Source of the DNA: Terriglobia bacterium
GTDB taxonomy: Bacteria > Acidobacteriota > Terriglobia > JAJPHL01
Direction: 5' to 3'
Length of the DNA stretch: 64,000 nucleotides
Assembly: GCA_021325275.1 (NCBI GenBank)
Contig: JAJPHL010000070.1
Location: 3,387 to 67,386, forward strand
The notes below the pieces were generated by a model. That model had not been told where the DNA came from. It did not search any database and saw only the letters and a program-made list of their open reading frames with translations. The position numbers and the translations under genes are program-made. Numbering within the stretch: position 1 is the stretch's first letter; each line of letters starts with the position of its first letter. Below, one piece after another: positions 9,278-18,617 of this stretch.

Positions 9278-10438
9278 CTACTCCTGGGCCGTGACGCGTC
9301 CGCGCCGCGCCCCTTCGTACAAATGATGCAGCCGCGCGGCCACGCGGTCCCAGCGAAATTCTTCGGCCACCAGGCGACGCCCGTTCGCTCCCATTGTTGC
9401 GCGCAGCTCTGCATCGTCGAGTAATTTAGCGATGCCTGTGGCCAGTTCGCCGGCGTCGCAGGTGGTCACCAGACCGGCGTGCGCGTCGTGCACGGCGATG
9501 CAGAGATCCACTTGATCGCTCACCACCACGGGGATTCCGCAGGCCATCGCTTCGGCCACGGCGATCCCAAAATTCTCGTTGTACGACGGCAACACAAAGA
9601 TGTCGGCGTCCGCGAAAGGCTCCAACCGCTTGGGGCCCGAGAACATGCCGGCCCACTCGACGCGCGACGCGATGCCGCGGCGTTGCGCGTCAGCCTTGAG
9701 CGTAGCGATGTAGGAATCGTCGCCGGGGCCCGCAACGATCAAGCGGAAGTCGTAGCGCGGCGCGAGCTTTTGCACGGCCGGCAGCAACAGATCAAAGCCT
9801 TTTTTCGGATGAACGCGTCCGAAAAAAAGCAGGCGCTTGCTCGGCGGCGACACGCGTTGCGCGCGCGCCGCAAACACAGCGTCGAATTCTTCCAAACGCA
9901 GTCCGTGCGGGATCACCACCTTCGGTGGACGCAAATTCAAGCGGCGCAAGTCTTCGGCTTCCGCCCCGGACGTGCAGTGCAGCGCCTGTGCACCGTCGAG
10001 TTCGGTGCGCGCGATCCAGCGCAGGTAGACTTTCTTCTTCGACGCGCCCTGCCGCAGCGAATACGATTCGTTCAACGTCCCGAGCGGACGAACGATGTAC
10101 GGCGTGCCCCGCCGAAGGGCCGCGCGCGCCGCGGCGTGCGTGGAATAGTTGAAGACGGCGTGAATATGCGCGACATCGTAGTGGCGAATGTTCTCGTCGA
10201 GCCACTTGCGGAGTTCCGGCGAGTATTTGTATTCCGCGCCGAATGCGAACAACGGACGCCGTGGAAAAATGTGCGCGGGAATGCCGGGCGTCTCCACCGT
10301 CGCGCCTTGACCGGAGGCGGTGGACGCGATCTCCACTTCCTCGCCGGCATCGCGCAGGGCGCGGCAGATCTCCACGACGGCGCGGCTGGGGCCGCCGTCG
10401 CTTTGATCGAGCGATGGAATGACATGGAGAACGCGCAC
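9278..10438 (-). CDS. GT4 glycosyltransferase
   Basis: MRVLHVIPSLDQSDGGPSRAV N-terminus. C-terminal FVLPSYNENFGIAVAEAMACGIPVV GT4 signature. Confidence 0.85.
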   Translation of the reverse strand: MRVLHVIPSLDQSDGGPSRAVVEICRALRDAGEEVEIASTASGQGATVETPGIPAHIFPRRPLFAFGAEYKYSPELRKWLDENIRHYDVAHIHAVFNYSTHAAARAALRRGTPYIVRPLGTLNESYSLRQGASKKKVYLRWIARTELDGAQALHCTSGAEAEDLRRLNLRPPKVVIPHGLRLEEFDAVFAARAQRVSPPSKRLLFFGRVHPKKGFDLLLPAVQKLAPRYDFRLIVAGPGDDSYIATLKADAQRRGIASRVEWAGMFSGPKRLEPFADADIFVLPSYNENFGIAVAEAMACGIPVVVSDQVDLCIAVHDAHAGLVTTCDAGELATGIAKLLDDAELRATMGANGRRLVAEEFRWDRVAARLHHLYEGARRGRVTAQE

Positions 10439-10494
10439 CGTCCTAGTTTAGACGAACGAAGCGCGCAAAAGGTCCCGGGAGAAAGCAGGCTTAC

Positions 10495-12342
10495 TTACTT
10501 CGATTGCCGCTTTAACGCCATGCACTTCTTCAGCGATTCCGAGGCCGGCTCGAAATCCGGCTGCACTCGCAAGATCTCTTGGAACTGGGCGATCGCGTCG
10601 TCGTAACGTTGCAAACTCGCCAGCGACGAACCGAGATTGAAGCGCGCCGCGATGTAATCGGGCTTCAAGCGCAGCGCCTCGTTGAATTCGCCGATGGCCG
10701 GCTCGAACTTCTCCTGCGCCGCGTAAGAAGCACCCAGGTTAAAGTGCGCCGCGGCGTTCTTCGGCTGCAAGCGAACCGACTCGATGAATTCGCCGGCCGC
10801 CAAATCCGGCCGGCCGGAGAGTCCATACAGACGGCCGAGGTTGTAATGCGCATCCGCGTCGGCGGGTTGAAGCTTGGCCGCCGCAACCAAGTTGGTCAAC
10901 GCCTCTGCGTATTGACCCTGTTCGGTGAGAACCACGCCGAGTCCCTCCTGCGCGTCCGGATTATCCGGCTCCAGCTTCAGGGCCGCGCGATACTGCGCCG
11001 CAGCGCCGTCGAAATCGCCTTGTTTGCTGAGCGCCGCGGCGAAGTTCACGCGCGCTTCCGGGAGATTCGGCCGCAAGCGAAGCGTTTCGGCGATATAGGG
11101 CATCGCGTCCCGCGGACGATTCTCGTTGAGCAACGCGTCGCTGAGCACATTGAGCGCTGCCCAGTTGTCCGTTGTCACTTCCACCGCGTGACGAAACAGA
11201 GTCACGGTGCTCGACCAATATCCCGTTGTCTGCCAAGCGACGATCGCGTATGCGCAGCACGCGGCAATGGCCAGGATCGGCGCCGCACGCCCCGCGAATT
11301 CCGCCAATCCCCAAGCGAGCATGATCCCAAGCCCGATCAAGGGAATGTACATGTAACGGTCGGCGCGCGACTGCACGCCCACCTGCACCAGGCCGATCAC
11401 GGGAATCAACGTGCCGCCAAACCAAAACCATCCGGTGAAAAGATACGGCCGCGCCCTTCGTTGCGCAATCACCCACGCGGTGATCGCCAGGAGCATCACG
11501 GCGGCGAGCGCGGCCCTTCCCGCGATCTCACCTGAATAAGGATAAAGAACGGCGAGGTTGGCGGGCCACAGGAATTGGATCGCGTACGCGCCGTAAGAGA
11601 CGATCGCGTTCTCCACGCGAATCGGAAACGGAAAGTCTCCCAGCGATGCGGTCGCTCCTCCGTGGCGTTGGACAATGAACGTCACCACCGATCCTGCCAA
11701 CGCGAGCGCAAACAGCGGAATCTTTTCGACGATGGTCGCGGGCGACAAGCGCCTGAGCGGCCAGTAGTCGAGAAGGAAAAGCGCGAACGGCAGCGTCACG
11801 ATCATCGGCTTGGACATCAGCCCGCCGGCGAACGCCGCCAGCAGCAGTACATATATAAAGGTTCGGCGGTTCTTGACGTAATCGAAATAAAACCAAATCG
11901 CGATCAGCCAAAACAAACCGCTGAGGACTTCCCGGCGTTCCGAAATCCATGCCACGGCTTCCACGTGCAACGGATGGATCGCGAAGAGTAGCGCGACGAA
12001 TGCGCTCCGCCATCGCGCGTTTGTGGCCCTGCGCAAGACCGCGAACAAGAGCATAGCGTTCGCGGCATGCAGCAACACGTTGGTGAAATGATGCCAGCCG
12101 CTCTCGAATCCGTACAGTTTGATCCCCAACATGTACGAGATCCATGTGAGTGGGAACCAGTTAGCAGCGTACCCGGTGGTGAAAGCCCACTTGAGAGACG
12201 CGAGAGTCAATCCCGAGCGAATGTTCAGATTGTTGACAACGAACTCGGGATCATCGAATCCGATGAAGGGAAAGCCGCGAGTCTGCGCGTAGACCGCGAA
12301 AACGGCGGCGGCCAAGCCAAGCGCGATCCACCAATCCGGCAT
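10495..12342 (-). CDS. TMTC/PMT_2(DUF1736)-like GT-C glycosyltransferase with a C-terminal TPR repeat domain
   Basis: About 11 TM helices with a FIGFDD loop motif, as in the protein O-mannosyltransferase/TMTC DE/DD motif. About 7 TPR repeats at the C-terminus. The ATG at aa 23 of the track ORF was used. Start uncertain (GTG candidates lie upstream, up to 12408). Confidence 0.7.
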   Translation of the reverse strand: MPDWWIALGLAAAVFAVYAQTRGFPFIGFDDPEFVVNNLNIRSGLTLASLKWAFTTGYAANWFPLTWISYMLGIKLYGFESGWHHFTNVLLHAANAMLLFAVLRRATNARWRSAFVALLFAIHPLHVEAVAWISERREVLSGLFWLIAIWFYFDYVKNRRTFIYVLLLAAFAGGLMSKPMIVTLPFALFLLDYWPLRRLSPATIVEKIPLFALALAGSVVTFIVQRHGGATASLGDFPFPIRVENAIVSYGAYAIQFLWPANLAVLYPYSGEIAGRAALAAVMLLAITAWVIAQRRARPYLFTGWFWFGGTLIPVIGLVQVGVQSRADRYMYIPLIGLGIMLAWGLAEFAGRAAPILAIAACCAYAIVAWQTTGYWSSTVTLFRHAVEVTTDNWAALNVLSDALLNENRPRDAMPYIAETLRLRPNLPEARVNFAAALSKQGDFDGAAAQYRAALKLEPDNPDAQEGLGVVLTEQGQYAEALTNLVAAAKLQPADADAHYNLGRLYGLSGRPDLAAGEFIESVRLQPKNAAAHFNLGASYAAQEKFEPAIGEFNEALRLKPDYIAARFNLGSSLASLQRYDDAIAQFQEILRVQPDFEPASESLKKCMALKRQSK

Positions 12343-12658
12343 GGCGAAATCGGTTGCTTGGCGGTTCGCCGGTGAAATCTTCCGAGGCACTTCCGAATGA
12401 TAGCGCACCCGTCGCCGTTAGGCGTCGCGCATCCAGCCGGGCAGAATCGCCGTGATTTTGATTTCCGAGGAACTGATCAAATAGAAAAAGAGATAGCCTT
12501 CGACCGCAAAGTAGCGATAGCCTTTGAACAATCCCCGGCTCCGTTCCGAGAACATCCTGGGGAATCGGGCGATGAGCGGAAAGATCTTCGCCGCCTTACT
12601 TGAACTCTCCGAGGCAGCGCTAGGAAGATCTCTTCGACACCACTGCCGAAGAAAACAA

Positions 12659-12934
12659 TCACAGCCCAGCGTTCCTCTTTACCTCGTCCCAGGTTTTGAA
12701 GCGGCCTTCACGAAAATCGCTTTCGGAACGTTCGAGTTGGCGGACAATTTCATTCCGATTGTCCTTTTCGAAGTCATCCAACAGCGCCTCAGTCTTGCCG
12801 TGAGTACGGACCAACTCGCGGAGAGCCTCGTTCAAGTCGCCATCGTGAGATTCCGCGAGAGAGGTCAGCAACTCGTCGGTTTGATCGTCGAGCAGGAACT
12901 CTACTTTCCTCATGCCGTTATGATACCCCAACAA
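12659..12934 (-). CDS. hypothetical small acidic protein (possible RHH-like fold)
   Basis: ORF only. KVEFLLDDQTDELL beta-strand-then-helix pattern. No recognisable family. Confidence 0.3.
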   Translation of the reverse strand: MLGYHNGMRKVEFLLDDQTDELLTSLAESHDGDLNEALRELVRTHGKTEALLDDFEKDNRNEIVRQLERSESDFREGRFKTWDEVKRNAGL

Positions 12935-12946
12935 AAACGCTCCGAG

Positions 12947-12981
12947 GCCCGAGCAAAAGCAAGACTCGCTTTTACTCGGGC
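12947..12981 (-). terminator. rho-independent terminator downstream of glnA
   Basis: Stem GCCCGAGCAAAAGC/GCTTTTACTCGGGC with a 7-nt loop. The minus-strand transcript continues ...GCGUUUUUGUUGGGG. Confidence 0.5.
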
Positions 12982-13009
12982 CGCGGAACTCGGACCTCGG
13001 AACTTGTCC

Positions 13010-14443
13010 CTAAATGTCGTAGTACAAGGAAAACTCATACGGATGCGGACGCAATCTGATCGCGTTCACTTCCTGCTTGTTCTTGTACTCGATCCACGTC
13101 TGGACCAACTCCTCAGTGAAGACATCGCCTTCCAGCAGGAACTGGTGATCGTTCTCCAGCGCCTCCAGCGACTTCTCGAGCGATCCCGGTAGCGACGGAA
13201 CTTCGCGCAATTCCTCCGGCGACAAGTCGTAAATGTCCTTGTCGAGCGGTTCGCCCGGATCGATCTTGTTCTTCACGCCGTCCAAACCCGCCATCAGCAT
13301 CGCCGCGAACGCCAAGTACGGATTGCACGACGGATCGGGCGGCCGAAACTCCACGCGCTTGGCCTTGGGGCTCGCCGAGTACATCGGGATGCGGCACGCC
13401 GCGCTGCGATTCCGGCGCGAATACGCCAGATTCACGGGCGCTTCGAAACCCGGGACCAAACGCTTGTAGGAATTCGTGGTCGGCGCGGCGAACGCCACGA
13501 TCGCCGGCGCGTGTTTCAGTAATCCGCCGATGTACCACAGCGCCATCTGACTCAGTCCCGCATAGCCGTCGCCGCCGAACAGCGGTTTGCCGTCTTTCCA
13601 CAAGCTTTGATGCGTGTGCATGCCCGATCCGTTGTCCTGGAACAACGGCTTCGGCATGAACGTGACCGTCTTGCCGTGCTTCGCGGCCACCTGCTTGCAA
13701 CAATACTTGTAGAGCATCATGTTGTCGGCTGAAACCACCAGTTCGTTGAAGCGCTGATCGATTTCGGTTTGTCCCGCGGTGGCTACTTCGTGGTGATGGC
13801 ACTCGATGTCGATTCCCGCCTGGATCATCGTCAACGTCATTTCACTGCGCAGATCCATGTAGTGATCGGTCGGCGCTACGGGGAAGTATCCTTCCTTGAA
13901 GCGCGGGCGATAACCGAGGTTGTGATGCTCGTGATCGAACGGCCGGCCGGAATTCCAGCGTCCTTCCTCGGCGTCGATGAAGTAGTAGCCGGAGTGCGCA
14001 TTCTGATCGAAGCGCACGTTGTCGAAAATGAAAAACTCGGCTTCCGCGCCGAAATACGCCGTGTCGGCGAGCTTGGTGTACTTCAAATAATCCTGCGCCT
14101 TGATGGCCACGTAGCGCGGATCGCGCTCGTAACGCTGCTTGGTCAACGGATCGCGGATGTCGCCGATCATCACCAGCGTGGGCACTTTCGTGAAGGGATC
14201 GAGCATCGCCGTCGTGGGATCGGGGATCAGCAGCATGTCGCTCTCGTGAATCGCCGCCCAGCCGCGGATACTCGATCCGTCGATGCCGAAGCCGTTCTCA
14301 AACGAGCCTTCTTCCAACTGGCCGATCGGAAAACTGATGTGATGCCACAATCCCGGGAGATCGGTGAAGCGCAAGTCGAGAATCTGCACGTGATTCGACT
14401 TCGCGAACGCTAAGACATCCTTGGCGGTCTTACAAGAACTCAT
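13010..14443 (-). CDS. glnA: glutamine synthetase type I
   Basis: Classic GSI motifs ([10 protein letters not shown], adenylylation-region [16 protein letters not shown]). Start placed at [13 protein letters not shown], preceded by GGAGGA. The 26 extra N-terminal codons of the track ORF are judged non-coding. Confidence 0.9.
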   Translation of the reverse strand: MSSCKTAKDVLAFAKSNHVQILDLRFTDLPGLWHHISFPIGQLEEGSFENGFGIDGSSIRGWAAIHESDMLLIPDPTTAMLDPFTKVPTLVMIGDIRDPLTKQRYERDPRYVAIKAQDYLKYTKLADTAYFGAEAEFFIFDNVRFDQNAHSGYYFIDAEEGRWNSGRPFDHEHHNLGYRPRFKEGYFPVAPTDHYMDLRSEMTLTMIQAGIDIECHHHEVATAGQTEIDQRFNELVVSADNMMLYKYCCKQVAAKHGKTVTFMPKPLFQDNGSGMHTHQSLWKDGKPLFGGDGYAGLSQMALWYIGGLLKHAPAIVAFAAPTTNSYKRLVPGFEAPVNLAYSRRNRSAACRIPMYSASPKAKRVEFRPPDPSCNPYLAFAAMLMAGLDGVKNKIDPGEPLDKDIYDLSPEELREVPSLPGSLEKSLEALENDHQFLLEGDVFTEELVQTWIEYKNKQEVNAIRLRPHPYEFSLYYDI

Positions 14444-14605
14444 GGTCGTTTGATTCCTCCAGGGGATTAGTATAGGCAAGAACTTCCCACGTGCGCATTG
14501 GGAAATCTGATGACCAGCCATTCAAAAAAGGAATGCTGACACTGCTGCAATGCGCAGCATTCGCACGCGCGCTGTTCCAGCGGTCGGGAACACACTCGTT
14601 TGTTC

Positions 14606-14635
14606 TTGACATTGCCGTGTTCGGGCGCTTATAAA
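14606..14635 (+). promoter_or_regulatory. sigma70-type promoter (TTGACA-17nt-TTATAA/TATAAA) for the TonB-dependent receptor gene
   Basis: Near-consensus -35 and -10 hexamers with 17-18-nt spacing, ~95 nt upstream of the 14732 start. Confidence 0.45.
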
Positions 14636-14731
14636 TGCAATCCATTAAGGTTTTTTGAAAGTAGGGTGCGCGACGGTCTGGCGCGCGGGGTTTTTGGTCC
14701 TTGGGGCCTAACAACTAACGGAGGAATTCCC

Positions 14732-17700
14732 ATGAGGGCAACGGCTCGGTTGGGTTTGGTGGTATTTTCTGTTCTGCTGGTCGCCGCTTCGCTGGCGGCT
14801 CAATCAACTTCTCTATCAGGCGTGATCAAGGACCCGCAGAGCGCGGTGGTCCCGAACGCCTCGATCACTCTCGCCAGCGCCGCCACCGGCGTGGCGCGCG
14901 AAACGAAGAGCGACTCGCAAGGCCGCTACAACTTCCTGCAAGTGACGCCCGGCACCTACATGCTCACGGTGAAGGCGCCGGGATTCGCCGAGGAAGTGAT
15001 CAGCAACGTTGAGTTGCTGGTGAATCAGCCGGCCACGATTCCGGTGACGCTGCGCGTCGGCGCGACTTCCACCACCGTCACGGTGGAAGCCAATGCCGTG
15101 CAGTTGAACACCACCGACGCCTCGCTCGGCAACGTGGTGGATCAGACGCAGATCACCGAGTTGCCCACCTACGCGCGCAACATCGTCGCACTGCTGGCGA
15201 ACCAGCCCGGCGTGACGATCTTCGGCTCCGCGGGACAGGGCGCCAACGGCACGAACAATCTCGACTATCGCTCCGGATCGGTGAACGGCGGCAAGTCCGA
15301 CCAAGGCAGCGTGACGCTGGACGGCGTCAACGTGGACGATCAGAACACCCGCGCGGCGTTTACGTCGGTGTTGCGCGTAACGCCCGATTCGGTCGAGGAA
15401 TTCCGCTCGACCACCACGAATCAGGACGCCTCGGGCGGTCGCGGTTCGGGCGCGAGCGTGGCGATGGTGACCAAGGCCGGCTCGAACGAATTTCATGGAA
15501 CGCTGTATGAATATCGCCGCGGTACCGAGACGGCCTCCAATTCGTTTTTCAACAATCGCACAGGCGTACCCATCGCCGCGCTGTTGACCAACGTGTTCGG
15601 AGCGTCGGTCGGCGGCCCGATCAAGAAGAACAAGCTTTTCTTCTTCATGAATTACGAAGGACGCCGCGATCGCAGCGCGTCGTCGGTGGAACGCACCGTT
15701 CCTCGGCCCACCATGCAGGCGGGAATGCTGAATTATCACGATAAAACCACAGGCGCATTGAACACAATTGGCGCGGCGCAGATCAAACTGCTCGATCCGC
15801 TGGGAGTGGGCATCAGCGCGGCGGCGATCAAGGACTTGGCCGCTATGCCCGTCGGCAACGATCTGACGTTCGGCGACGGACTCAACACCGAAGGCTACCG
15901 CTTCAACGCGCCGGTGGCCTCCGATCAGAACACCTACATCGTGAAGTTGGACTATAAGTTCGACAACGCCGGCAATCACGCCATCTTCGTGCGCGGCAAC
16001 CTGCAGAACGATTCCGCCAACGGACTGCCGCAATTCCCCGGGGAGCCGGCCGCGTCGGTCACGCTGGCAAACAATAAAGGATTGGCCGCCGGATCGACCG
16101 ATGTGTTTGGTCCCAACCTGGTGAGCACGTTCCGCTATGGCTTCACCCGCGTGGGCAATCAGACCACGGGCGTGTTGACCAGCAACTATGAGTGGTTCCG
16201 CGGCATTTCGACACCGAACGCCGTCTCCACCGGCACTACGCGCATCATTCCGGTTCACAACATCAGCGAGGATCTCGCCTGGATCAAGGGCGCGCATAGC
16301 CTCCGCTTCGGCGGCACGGCGTTGCTGATTTCCAACCAGTCCGCGAGCCTCTCGAACTCCTATAGCAGCGCGAGTTCCAATCCTTCTTGGCTGGCCGGCT
16401 CGGGATCGGACCTCACCGGCGCGCTCAACATCGCGTCGGGCGACCAGGTCAACTTCGAGTACGCGGCCGCCGCGCTGATCGGCGTGGAGGCGCAAGGCAC
16501 GGGCGCTTACAACTACATGGTTGATGGGACGGTCATTCCTCCCGGAGCTCCGGTGCTTCGCAACTTCACCAATCACGAAGGCGAGCTCTACGTGCAAGAT
16601 ACCTGGAAGGTCACGCACAACCTGACCATGACCTACGGGTTGCGGTATGCGCTGCAGCCGGCGGTGTATGAAGCCAATGGTCAGCAAGCCTCCACCAACA
16701 TCGCCTTCGGCGATTGGCTCTCCCAGCGCGTGAATCTGGCGAATCAGGGGTTGTCGCAGAACAGCGTGTCGCCGATCACATTCATTCCGGCGAACTCGTC
16801 GGGTGGCCGCGGAATCTATCCAAATCACTACAACTGGCAACCGCGCATCGGACTCGCGTATTCGCCCACGGCGTCCGACGGCATTTCGAAACTGCTCTTC
16901 GGCGGTCCCGGCAAAACCTCGATTCGCGTGGGCGCCGGCTTCTACTACGACATGATCGGACAGCCGCTCGCGCAGACCTTCAGCAACACGCAGTTCGGTC
17001 TGTCGAGCAGTTTGAGCAACCCGGCCAACGTCACGACGCTGTCGGCCGCGCCGCGCTACACCACGTTCTACACCGTGCCGGGCGTGCTGGTGCCCCCGAC
17101 TCCCAAGGGCGGACTGCCCGTGACGTATCCCTCCAGCGGCAGCGGATCGTTCGCGATTACCAACAGCATCGACGATCAGTTGAAAGCGCCGTATACGATG
17201 AACCTGGACTTCAGCGTCAGCCGCGATTTCGGTCACGGCTGGTTCGTTCAGGGCGCCTACGTCGGCCGGCTCTCGCGCCATTCGCTGATCCAGCGCGATT
17301 TGGCGGAGCCTGTCGATCTGGTGGATCCGAAATCGGGCCAGGACTACTTCACCGCGATGTCGCAGTTGGGCAGCCTGCTCGACTATCAAGGCGTCACCAT
17401 CGCCAACCTGCCGAAGATTCCGTTCTTCGAGGACATGTGGTCGACAGCCGCCACCGGCGGATTCACCGCCACGCAGATCTGGGGCCTCGATTATCACGGC
17501 GATCCCACCAGGAGCATCAAGGCCAACAGCAATGCCGGCGACTTCACCAATACCTTGAACAACGCCGACAACGCCGCCAATTGCGGGAAGTCGACGGTGC
17601 TCAGTTCCAGCGGACGCGTGTCGCAAATGGCCTGCGGCATCTACGGTCCTTGGATGATCTTCAACCCGCAGTTCTCGGCACTGTCCGCAAATAGCTCGCT

Positions 17701-18532
17701 CGGTAAGAGCGACTATCACGCGATGCAGTGGACCATCCGCAAGAACATGAAGGGCATGGTCATGGATTTGAACTACACGTGGTCGAAGTCGGTCGATCTC
17801 GCGTCCACGACGGAAGGCGGGAGTTACAGCGGCTTCGTCATCAACACGTTCAATCCGAGCTTGATGCGCGGCGTTTCGAACTACGACACCACGCATCAGA
17901 TCAACGCCAGCGTGATCTATTTGTTGCCGTTCGGTCGCGGCCAGCGTTTCCTGAACAGCTCGAACAAGGCCGTCAACGCGATCGTGGGCGGATGGGAAGT
18001 CACGGGGCTGTATCGCCAAACTTCCGGCTTGCCTTTCAGCGTGTCGGACGGTTCGCGTTGGGCCACCAACTGGGAACTCAGCTCGTTCGCGGTGCCGATC
18101 GGCCCCAGCAACCCGATCCCGGCAGTGGGCAGCGTCGGCAACGGCACACAAGCCGTGGCAAGTTGCAGCGGCAATCCCGCGTTTAACGGATCCACGATCG
18201 CCACCAACGGCGGTCCGAACCTGTGGCAGAATCCCGCGCAGGCCATCTGCGGATTCCGCGAAGCGTTCGCGGGCGAGTCTGGCGGACGCACGCAGCTTCG
18301 CGGGGCGGGGTTGTTCAACATCGACACCGGCGTGAACAAGACGTTCCTCATGCCGTGGTCGGAAAAGGAATCGCTGCAGTTCCGTTGGGAGACCTACAAC
18401 ATCACCAACTCCGTGCACTTCGATCCGGCGTCGGCAGGCACCAGCCTCACTTCGCCGACCGGCTTCGGCAAGCTGAGCAACACGCTCGGCAGTCCGCGCG
18501 TGATCCAGTTCGCACTGCGCTTCAAGTTCTAG
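14732..18532 (+). CDS. TonB-dependent receptor with N-terminal carboxypeptidase-regulatory-like domain (Acidobacterial large TBDR)
   Basis: GGAGGA RBS, then a signal peptide MRATARLGLVVFSVLLVAASLAAQ. CarbopepD_reg (SGVIKDPQSAVVPNASITL), a plug region, and a long barrel ending ...FALRFKF (C-terminal Phe). Confidence 0.85.
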   Translation: MRATARLGLVVFSVLLVAASLAAQSTSLSGVIKDPQSAVVPNASITLASAATGVARETKSDSQGRYNFLQVTPGTYMLTVKAPGFAEEVISNVELLVNQPATIPVTLRVGATSTTVTVEANAVQLNTTDASLGNVVDQTQITELPTYARNIVALLANQPGVTIFGSAGQGANGTNNLDYRSGSVNGGKSDQGSVTLDGVNVDDQNTRAAFTSVLRVTPDSVEEFRSTTTNQDASGGRGSGASVAMVTKAGSNEFHGTLYEYRRGTETASNSFFNNRTGVPIAALLTNVFGASVGGPIKKNKLFFFMNYEGRRDRSASSVERTVPRPTMQAGMLNYHDKTTGALNTIGAAQIKLLDPLGVGISAAAIKDLAAMPVGNDLTFGDGLNTEGYRFNAPVASDQNTYIVKLDYKFDNAGNHAIFVRGNLQNDSANGLPQFPGEPAASVTLANNKGLAAGSTDVFGPNLVSTFRYGFTRVGNQTTGVLTSNYEWFRGISTPNAVSTGTTRIIPVHNISEDLAWIKGAHSLRFGGTALLISNQSASLSNSYSSASSNPSWLAGSGSDLTGALNIASGDQVNFEYAAAALIGVEAQGTGAYNYMVDGTVIPPGAPVLRNFTNHEGELYVQDTWKVTHNLTMTYGLRYALQPAVYEANGQQASTNIAFGDWLSQRVNLANQGLSQNSVSPITFIPANSSGGRGIYPNHYNWQPRIGLAYSPTASDGISKLLFGGPGKTSIRVGAGFYYDMIGQPLAQTFSNTQFGLSSSLSNPANVTTLSAAPRYTTFYTVPGVLVPPTPKGGLPVTYPSSGSGSFAITNSIDDQLKAPYTMNLDFSVSRDFGHGWFVQGAYVGRLSRHSLIQRDLAEPVDLVDPKSGQDYFTAMSQLGSLLDYQGVTIANLPKIPFFEDMWSTAATGGFTATQIWGLDYHGDPTRSIKANSNAGDFTNTLNNADNAANCGKSTVLSSSGRVSQMACGIYGPWMIFNPQFSALSANSSLGKSDYHAMQWTIRKNMKGMVMDLNYTWSKSVDLASTTEGGSYSGFVINTFNPSLMRGVSNYDTTHQINASVIYLLPFGRGQRFLNSSNKAVNAIVGGWEVTGLYRQTSGLPFSVSDGSRWATNWELSSFAVPIGPSNPIPAVGSVGNGTQAVASCSGNPAFNGSTIATNGGPNLWQNPAQAICGFREAFAGESGGRTQLRGAGLFNIDTGVNKTFLMPWSEKESLQFRWETYNITNSVHFDPASAGTSLTSPTGFGKLSNTLGSPRVIQFALRFKF

Positions 18533-18554
18533 GCTGAAGCGAATTCAACAAAAA

Positions 18555-18586
18555 GGGCCGCCGGAAGATCGGCGGCTCTTTTTTTA
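18555..18586 (+). terminator. rho-independent terminator after the TBDR gene
   Basis: GGGCCGCCG-gaagat-CGGCGGCTC stem followed by TTTTTTT. Confidence 0.8.
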
Positions 18587-18617
18587 TCGAGCGAGGAAGA
18601 GTACTCTAGGAATACCA

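Noticed and set aside
9479-10606. 375-aa plus-strand ORF opposite the GT4 gene 9278..10438
   Set aside because: Shadow frame. The minus-strand frame contains the GT4 EX7E signature.
12397-12603. Small ORFs in the 12409-12658 spacer (e.g. 12397..12603 +, 12477..12662 -)
   Set aside because: No RBS, no family features, inconsistent composition. Treated as non-coding spacer between the TMTC-like gene and the small acidic ORF.
14816-18418. 1200-aa minus-strand ORF antisense to the TonB-dependent receptor gene
   Set aside because: Arg/Ala/Gly-rich low-complexity translation typical of a GC-rich shadow frame. The plus-strand gene has RBS, signal peptide, plug and barrel features.
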